A stretch of 62,036 bases of DNA, counting the filler, from Choristocarpus tenellus KU-1152 (taxonomy: Eukaryota > Protista > Phaeophyceae), in the NCBI GenBank assembly GCA_964200185.2. It is 8 parts of 8 records of this genome, joined end to end, with 100 filler letters (N's around TTAATTAATTAA, not from the genome) between each part and the next. Parts side by side here need not be neighbours in the genome. Positions count along the whole stretch, not along the records: positions 52,091 to 58,521 come from CAXNAD020008154.1; positions 58,622 to 62,036 come from CAXNAD020020189.1; 6 more parts are not named here. One strand, given 5' to 3'. Positions 53,787 through 62,036 of the stretch are shown here, in pieces. The notes under the pieces were generated by a model. That model saw nothing but the letters and a program-made list of their open reading frames with translations. It did not search any database and was not told the origin of the DNA. Made by a program: the position numbers and the translations under genes. How positions within the stretch are numbered: the first letter of the stretch is position 1; the number at the start of each line of letters is the position of its first letter.

Positions 53787-56700
53787 CTAAAGACACCCCC
53801 CCCCGCTGCCCTCCAAGTCATTCCCCTTTGGTGCAATGCGAAACATGCGGACTTTCGAGATCTCCGCAGCTCTCGCTAGCTCTCTCTTCCTCCTATCACT
53901 CCACTCGTTGCCAAATCCGACTACGGAGTCAGGAGCTACCACTTCCTTTCCTACAACAGTGAATTGACCCTCCACATTCCCTATTCCTCCCCTTTTTTCT
54001 CCAGCTTCAACTGCACCTAAATCCTGATCGATAGAATCGACACTGGCACCTTCAACACCAGGAGCCTGATGGACAGCAGATTCAGCCTTCTTCTTATCAA
54101 CATCTTGACAAGTGGTGCCAGCCTTGACATCCTTATCACAGTCAACAACCTCAGCCATCATAGTCTCTATCCTTCTTTCGGTCCCAGTCTGCTCGAAAGC
54201 CTCAGCCCAAATGCCTAATTTATCATCGTCCTCCAGAAAAGAGATCTCTCTGCACTCCCACTTGGATTGAGGGAATCGAGACTCCCCCATGAAGAAAGGG
54301 AGGATATTTCTACGCCGCTGCTCAAAACTCATTAGCACCATGCCTCCAGGTCTCAGGAGGGCCTGCGCGATGGTGAGAGGGGTCAGAGTGCGCATGATGG
54401 TGTGAGTCATGTCAACAGTAACAATCAAAGCAACCGTAATAATAACCTGCAGATTGGATCGAAATTAATCTGACAGTAAATATAATTTTAATTGCGTTCC
54501 CCCTGAAACATCCCCTAACCCTACATATCCGACTGTATAAACTCGGAGAATCTGATTAATTCAAGTGCCGAATTGGATAAAAGCCTTCAGCATACTCATG
54601 GGAACACATAGAAGAGATTATGTTTGGGGATTATGGATTGTGTGATGATCGTGCTTGTGGTATTGAAGAGGTAAAAATCAACAGGGCCAATTTGTTATTC
54701 AATCCTTCGTTGTTGAATAATCTATAATTGGCGAGATACTTTATAGCTTATACCACCCCCCCGTTCTTCTTCCTTGTTGCCATATTCTTCATATTAAGAG
54801 TATTTGCAAGGCAGATGGATCCCCGGAGTCTTCAGAGCTCCAGGCGCACTCATAGGAATGGAAATGCCATTGCGAGTGTAGTGAGGGCCTTGTGTTTGAC
54901 TGCTACAACTCAAAATAGAAAAATGACAAAACAATTGCGTGATCAATCTGTATAGATTAGAATATAGATCGTCTTTCAAAGGAATGATGCACTTACACCA
55001 TGATTCACAGCACTATCAGTCTTGTAGTGAAGCATGTCAACAGCACCTACATACCTCAATGCAGATTCTAAGTATGCCAGTCCTACCCCTAAATTCCGCT
55101 GAAGAGATGGATGCTCTTTAAAAAAAATGTCATACATATGGAGCAAATAGAAGGCTGGTGGTTCTATCAGAAACAACCCTGAGCATAAATTATACATGCA
55201 AAACGTACCATGCTAGCAGCATAAATCAGTGCCTCAACAAAGCATCAGCTCTACATTGTCAGCTTCTGAATTGATGCCAGAAAAACGGAACCTACACCAA
55301 CTAGAACAAAGATCCTTGTTGGTGACACACACTAGCCCCTTTTCTACAGTAGTAGGCTAGCAAGCAAACCCTACAGGACGAAAAAATAACATACTTTAAT
55401 GGTGGCTGCCATCCCGTCCCACAGCCCTTCTAGGTAGACGATGTCAGCTCCCATAATAAGGTCAAATTGACCACCCCCGCCAGACAAGGCAGCCATGCTG
55501 GCCTGCACACCTTCCACATCCTCTGAAAAAAGAAGCTCTGTCACCGAAACAGACGACGAAGAAGTAATTATATGACCAGTACTCTCCTTGTCAGCATCCA
55601 CACCACATTCCTCCCCATCCTTCCCCTTGCTTGATTTCAAGCCTGCCCCAGCTCCAAAGCCCTCTGGGCAAGAGGAAGCCACAGGAGGGCAGGAAGACTG
55701 ACTGGCCTCTGTAGACAGAGGTCGAGACAATGACATTGCTTCTGGGGCATCTGATTCTGTGTATCCTTTCTTTTGTCCTTCACATGTCCCAGATTCAGAA
55801 CCATCTCCCATCACTTTTCCTGGTCCTAATTGTTTTTCCACCTCTGTCCCCTTTTTGGTTCTAGTTCGAGCCTTCTTGAATGGTCGGTTTCCCTCTCCCG
55901 GAGTTGCAATGTTGCACTCGTGATGGCCTGTGTCAGTACCCCAGCGAGGTAAGTTTGAGTTGGCATTGGCAGCAAGGGCAGGTAGGAGCTTCGCCTGCTC
56001 AGTGAGGGTCACCTCGGCCCCAAGTCTGGCAGCTACCTTGAGGTCATTGGGGAGGGAGGGAGGAGTGTGGGGGGAAGGGAAGGGGAAAATGTAGGGCAAG
56101 CCACAGGAAAGAATGGGAGACATGATTATGACCAGGTGCACCTAGTCTCAGCAGTTGGGATCTTGAAGTGGCAGGTGAGTTCTAACTATTATTGTTATAT
56201 CCCTTTTTAAATCTGGAATAGCCCGACACGGTATCAAGTACTAAACCTGCTCCACACAATCGCACTACATCTGTGCATGCCTTACTTCTAGTGTATTGGG
56301 TACAGCTCATCGACCATTTCTTCCTCTGCTGAATCTGATGCTATTTATCACCTTGGTCTACCTTGCTTTTTGCGGGGGGTATGCTTTTACCGGGTACTGT
56401 ATCGAGGTACAGTCCGTGTGGAGTCGCTTGGCCGGATTGACCACGGAAACAACATTTCTGTGATGAGAAAATTACAGTGATCGCGAATCGAACCTAGGAA
56501 CATCTGTTTGACCAACTACGTCACAGGAAAGTGATACAGACCTTTCGTGTTGGTCGACTGAAAATTATACTCACGATGCCTGCGAGACCCGTCCCAGCAC
56601 CAAGCTCCAGCACTCGCTTCCCCCGAAGGCGTAACCCAGAAGCTTGATCGAGAAAGTGAGCGAGAATAGTTTCTGCATCCCAGACCACAGTGCCTACATC

Positions 56701-57029
56701 AGCCACATCCTTCAAATGGGGAGGTTGGGGGGGTCCACGAGGGAAGTTTGCTTCAGTTGAGTGACCCTGAAGACATCAACTGTCGTCCTGCTTCCTCTAT
56801 ATATCCACGGTTGATCCCCATGGATAACGTACCAACATGCATAGTGATGATCTCCTGCTCCTACGCCCTCCACCTCTGTGATGGATCCTTGGAGAAACAC
56901 ATCAATGTTCATATTGATTGGTCATACCTGGTCAATAACTACCGTCCCCGCATTCTGAAAGTCGAAAGCGCGCTGAGGGAACAATAGCAGGTCCTGGTTC
57001 AGCCAGGAGATCTCGGCATCGATCCCCAT
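53787..57029 (-). CDS. METTL21/EEF1AKMT-like protein-lysine methyltransferase (family 16), 4 exons, 484 aa
   Basis: Phase-0 GT-AG exons 57029-56928 (MGIDAEISWLNQD..VIDQ), 56709-56575 (DVGTVVWDAETILAHFL..GKRVLELGAGTGLAGI), 56036-55395 (VAARLGAEVTLTEQ..FDLIMGADIVY..), 54362-53787 (ALLRPGGMVLMSFEQRR..stop). Motif I LELGAGTG and DxxY are characteristic of the family. Confidence 0.9.
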
Positions 57030-57705
57030 GTCCGATCAGTCACACAGCAGAGCGGAAAGACACACGACTCAGTGGCTATCCTAGGACTCGAGAGGCTCTC
57101 CTCTTGATGCTGAGGATGGAAAGACGCCCTGGCACGGTCACAACTCGGTGAAGTGTTCAAGGTTAGCTGATCTGTTGATTTTGCTCCCTTGTACAAACCC
57201 GTCCATCACAACACCATAAAATTTGTAGATTTGTACAATCCTGAGTATAGATGTAATTGTCAACTCATGCAAATTCTGGCTCTCCCCGGTCATCCTTCGC
57301 AACACAAGAGCCAGAGGAGCAGATGATCAGGTGACAAACACATGGAAACATAATGGTAGAGATTGACCTATCTCTCCCTTCTCAACAACTTGACAGTGAA
57401 CGACTCATGTGTTTAAATTCATCACAGGAGATTATGGAGATTGGCTCTTGGCTCTGGGCTGATGAATAGAGGGCTCTGGGCCAAGAAACACAGAGCAAGG
57501 ATATCTATTCTTCAGTGACCAATTCCGTGTGTGGGACAACAACAGGAGGCACCACAGCTCCACTTCGGCGCTGCTCTAGCCTGTGAAGGGAGGAGACCCT
57601 TGCCCGCGAGCAAAAAAGAGAGGAAATTGCTTTGAAGAAGTCTCTGTTGAGTTTGATGTAGGTTTTGCAAGCCAACGGTTTCGTCGCCCCCCTCAAATTT
57701 TCATC

Positions 57706-58194
57706 ATGGTGGTGGGAGTGAAGAATCCTACCCTGGATGGGGAGCCGGGGCTGCGGGTGTCCAGTATCTCACTCGGCACTGCTGCCTTCTACTTTCGCCA
57801 GAGGTAAGAATATTGCGATTTCTTTGCGGATGAAGATTATCAGAGCAATTGAAGGGTTTTTGCGTACACCTCAACTATTGCAGATTCAGCACATCCTTTC
57901 CAGTAATATAGGGTAAACCACCTGAGCTCTTGCGCTTCATTTCTATCAGGAGGGTGAATCAGAAGTGAACCTCCTCATGGTTTTTACCTTTTCTTATAGG
58001 CCACACTTTCTTCAACGCATGTCGTATCGGAACTCTCCCGATTTCTCGACTTTATGACTGTGGAGTCGAGTTCCAACAAGCATTACATCGCGAACAGGCA
58101 TGGCAGACTGGACTGGAATAAACTGGCCCGGGTCAACGTGGATGAGGTCATTCGGGAGGTGGATCTCCCGGTTCTGCAAAACCTCTTAGATGAG
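57706..58194 (+). CDS. DZIP1: DZIP1/Iguana-like ciliary basal-body protein, first two exons (Dzip-like N domain); rest off contig
   Basis: Exons 57706-57803 and 58098-58194 splice to FYFRQRHGRLDWNKLARVNVDEVIREVDLPVLQNLLDE, matching the Dzip N-terminal FxFxxRxxxIDWxxLxxIDVDxxxxxxDxxxLQ pattern. Confidence 0.8.
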
Positions 58195-59818
58195 GTGAGA
58201 GGGTGTAAATAGTTTTGAGGTGGTGAAACACAACATTGATGATAAAGATAGTTTGGGGTGGGATTACGAGGCGAAAATAAGCACTGAGAAGATGAGACTG
58301 AATGCTGAGGGATTGGGCTGGGGTGAGAATATCGAAAAATCTCTTGAAGGGGAAAATCTACATCGTGGGCATCAAAAGATACTACCTGCCTGGGTCAAAG
58401 TATCTGGGGGGGGGGGTGCCGGGGTCCGTTTTTGACCCTGGCTCATAGTACCTGGGGGGGGGGGTGGCTGTCCATTTGGAGCTAAATTTTTTATGTCGTG
58501 ATTTTTGGGTGATTTGGTTCCNNNNNNNNNNNNNNNNNNNNNNNNNNNNNNNNNNNNNNNNNNNNTTAATTAATTAANNNNNNNNNNNNNNNNNNNNNNN
58601 NNNNNNNNNNNNNNNNNNNNNATGTTTTCATGTTGCGATTTTTTGGTGATTTGGTTGCATACGTCGGATGGATAATGTAAGTGCACTTTTGTTAGTTTTG
58701 GCCCAATCGTGGTGATGAATATGACTTCGACGAGAAGGTCAGTTGTATTTTTTTATTATTAAACTTGGAAAAATATTTAAGAACATTTTTTTCTTCTTAA
58801 ATATGTACTGATAGTGGTGCATTCGTGCCAAATGTACACCCTGGTGTAGACACACACACACATACACATGCACACACACACACCACAGATGCTTTGGGTC
58901 GTTCCCTTCTAACAATTTACTTATATTTGCAATAAATTGAAGTCAGTAGTAGTCAATAGTAGTCAATGGTAGTAGTCAGTAGGGCTGGTACCGCCAAATG
59001 TTCTATGAGGGCCTTAAATCATTTGCAGTAGTATCCAAGGTTGATTGTCATGTGTGGATCTGTATTATTATTATTTTTTTTATTATTATTATTTGATGTT
59101 GTCCTGCACACACCTGTACTATGGTATATAAATCTCCAGTCAGGAGGCATGCAGAGCCCTCCATATCAATTACTACTCCCACAATGCTCTAGCTAAAAGG
59201 CTGAGTTATTTGGAGCTTATGAGGAATGTCAGAGCCTAGACTTTGCTTTTGGGTGGTTGAATAAACCATAAACCTGCCCAGGTTGTGTATGTACTTAGTG
59301 GAATCGATTTCACACCCAAAGACCGTTTCTTTTTTTGAGGGGGGTGAAGGAGAACCTCATGCACTTCAATTTGACTGCATTTGGGAGGAGTTGTCTGAAT
59401 TTGTTTCTGATGGGCTATAATTAAATTGGTGCATCCTGTGCCTTGTGCTTTTCTGATGGGCTACATAGGGGAAAAGATCACCTGCCCTTGAATGGCAGAG
59501 AAGGATTTCTTGGACATATGCAACTATGCATGTCTACGTTGCTTATTTGTTGGGTCAGTATAAATAGTCATGATTCCATTAATCGAATTTCAGACATCCT
59601 CTGCTTTTATTCTGTTCTGTTCTGTTCAGGCATTGCATCGTGATCACGCTGATTTTTCACATGACTGACAGCCCTTCTACTCTCAACCCCCGCAAACCAT
59701 TGTACTTGGTAACATCCCAGGACGTCATCTCTGATACAGATGCTTTCATGGGCCTCCATTCTTTTCAACGTGGAGACCTGTAGCAGTCCGTGGGAGGATG
59801 CAAATGTGCTTATCAAAT

Positions 59819-60014
59819 GACTCAAAATATCTGGGGGGGGGGCGTGGCGGCTGTCCATTTGGGACCAATTTTTCATGTCGCGATTTTTGGGTGATTTGGT
59901 TCCATATTTTGGATGGATAATGAAAGTGCACTTTTCCTGGTTTGGGGCCAAATGGACACTCTGGTGTAGACCTCCCCCCCCCCCCCCCCCCCCCCAGATA
60001 CTTTGGTGGGTCAA
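59819..60014 (+). mobile_element. MITE family 2 (AAAGTATCT-G-tract TIR); partial copies at 58392-58521, 58622-58850 and a terminus at ~51355-51380
   Basis: CAAAATATCTGGGGG ... CCCCCAGATACTTTG inverted ends; internal TTTTTGGGTGATTTGGTTCC shared by three copies. Confidence 0.7.
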
Positions 60015-61745
60015 TTGATGCTCTGTCTACATGACCACATTCCGTTCTGCTACTCCTAATAACGTTTAGTGTAGTTCTCCTGTTGCAGTATGCTTTAGGC
60101 TATTTGTACTGGTTACTTTATGAGGTCTGTGTGTCGACTTGTAGTACGCCTCCTCAGTATGTGTACTCCAAACCGTAGGTCTCATCAGTTATTTCGTTGA
60201 GTTGGTTTAAAACGGCGAAGAAGCAGTTATAGTGTGGCAGTAGAGCCAAACTAGGGCTGAAGAGTGCACATTAGGGGTATACCCTCCAATTATTTCTGTG
60301 CGTTCACATTATTATTACACATTTTTTCCATACCGAATTTGAGGTGTGGTACAAGAAGCAAATGTTCAACTAATGGAGAACAGTTCTGCATGTGTCGCAC
60401 CTTCCAAGTACGTCAAAATCAATCAATAGGACATCTTTTCTTTCTTCAACTTCTCCATCCTTATTGTGATACTTGTAGCTGTCACTAGAGGCCGAAGCTG
60501 TGAGGATATTTGTGGCAATTGTCAGATATACTCCTTCTCAACATGAGAATGGTTGGCACAGAACAGAAAGCTTTGCATCTTCTGCACTCTTTTCTTCTCC
60601 GTGTATATGGAGGACACCTTCACAGGTTGACCAGCTACGCACCCAGCCTTGACAAATTTCCTGAGACCACTCTCCATTATGTGTCCATGTCCACGGAAAG
60701 GAATAGATGGTACTCTGCTTCAATACACTAACAGACTGACGCGACTGTTGGGAGGGGTGGGAGGTCTTTTGTGAGATGTTATACGTCTGTACATACGTAT
60801 CCTATATGGAAATTACCGGAAGGTGCGAAAAAATCATACTAGTACTTTAATTGCCAGGGAGTGGAAATTTCTGAGGCTTTTTCTCTCTGGTCTATATTGA
60901 AAATTATACGTTAAGTAAACAAACAAGATTATATTATTTCGTTTGGATTATGGTGCACGTATAGAGAGTATCACCACAACGAAAGAGCCTTCAGTGGTAC
61001 AGGTCTGGTCAGTACTTGTTCTGTTACTCTAAAACAATCTCACCAAGTTGCTTTCAGGGTCATTCACCAAGCTGACAAATTAAAATTGTCCCGTCTGCAG
61101 GCCTGACCGTCCCACAATTTCGATACATGTCATGGTCCATGTCTGATGGTCAGACCAGGTCTAACATGCTTTAAAGTGTCTGGACCATGTCCACTAGGAA
61201 ATGTACAGGTACATATCCGTTGATCAGATGGAGTAAAACTTCTCTTAACATGTTGGGACCATGCCTGGTCACTGCTCCAACTTTTTTGTACATGTGCAAT
61301 ATTTGTTGCACTACTGCAGTCTATGAGCCAGACATGTCTGCATCCTCCCGTTCAAACACCATGTGCGTATGGTGCCAGATGCTTTCCATCTATTTTTCTC
61401 GTAGCGCAGCCCCCATGGACTTTCTCAGGCACACAACCCCAACTGTTTCTTTCCTCCTGGCTGCTGAAGCACAGTGAGTAGTAACTGTAGGAGCTTCCAC
61501 TTGTGTTTCCCTCTGGTGCAGCCTCCCCCTGCTATCCAATTTCATCTTCACGCCTTGCAGTACACACCCTAGGCATAGCGAGTCAGCAGCAGCCCAACGT
61601 TGTTGTTACAAGTGAGGCACAGGAGTTTTAAAACAAGTTTAGCGCTCAACAGCATTGTTGCAACAGAATCGTCTGAGTGCATGTAATTCTCGAGACAGGT
61701 GTAACCTCTTCTTCAGTGAATATGCTCTTCGCCTTTGACGTAAAT

Positions 61746-62009
61746 GAGCTAAAGTATCTTAGGGTTAGGGTAGAGCCGCGTCCATTTGGGGACCAAAATC
61801 CAATGTTGCAATTTGGATGAAATTTTGGCTATCGTGTTTGTTAGGAAGTGTCAATATCCTTGTTCCGGACACACCTTTTCATAATGTATACATTTTACTA
61901 CTCCGAAACATTTTGGGGTGGGTAATATGTCATAAAAGAACCCCATAGGAAACCAAGCCCCAAGCGGACAAACAGGGCAAAACTTGTACCCTCTAAGATA
62001 CTTTCACTC
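61746..62009 (+). mobile_element. MITE family 1 (Sola2-like), full length
   Basis: GAG...CTC termini, TIRs, near-perfect 4-bp duplication AAAT/AAGT; left TIR carries TTAGGGTTAGGG. Confidence 0.9.
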
Positions 62010-62036
62010 AAGTGGATAAGCTGAAAAGAGTGAAGT

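Noticed and set aside
56712-56927. In-frame TGA after METTL21 exon 1 as possible selenocysteine readthrough into ORF 56712-56912
   Set aside because: The TGA is part of a GTATGA splice donor; splicing gives a clean in-frame methyltransferase.

Overview
Eukaryotic, intron-rich genomic DNA, most consistent with a photosynthetic stramenopile such as a brown alga or relative (inferred from gene content, GT-AG introns, TTAGGG tracts and TE families). The window is not one locus. It is 8 separate contigs joined by artificial 100-nt linkers (N44-TTAATTAATTAA-N44), so neighbourhoods across linkers mean nothing. Spliced genes I could rebuild by hand: a mitochondrial citrate/tricarboxylate carrier (SLC25A1-like, minus, partial); a divergently transcribed TerD-domain plus EF-hand-like gene (plus, partial); one large UTP20-like exon; a KEA4-6/TMCO3-like K+/H+ antiporter; an F-box/LRR-like gene; a complete METTL21-family methyltransferase; and the 5' exons of a DZIP1/Iguana-like gene. 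The rest is decayed mobile DNA: a Sola2-like MITE family (8 copies), a related G-tract MITE family, a 1.67-kb element with ~375-bp inverted arms, pogo and mariner remnants, restriction-like-endonuclease (REL) non-LTR retrotransposon tails, GACC/GGTC-rich CACTA-like subterminal arrays and minisatellites. No CRISPR array, rRNA, tRNA or Fanzor/TnpB was seen, and I cannot demonstrate a new biological system here. The best leads are (1) apparent site-specific conversion of internal sequence to TTAGGG repeats, (2) the TerD-EF-hand fusion, (3) an unassigned duplicated ORF relic inside the GACC-rich element, and (4) a 54-bp array with a partial hammerhead-like core.
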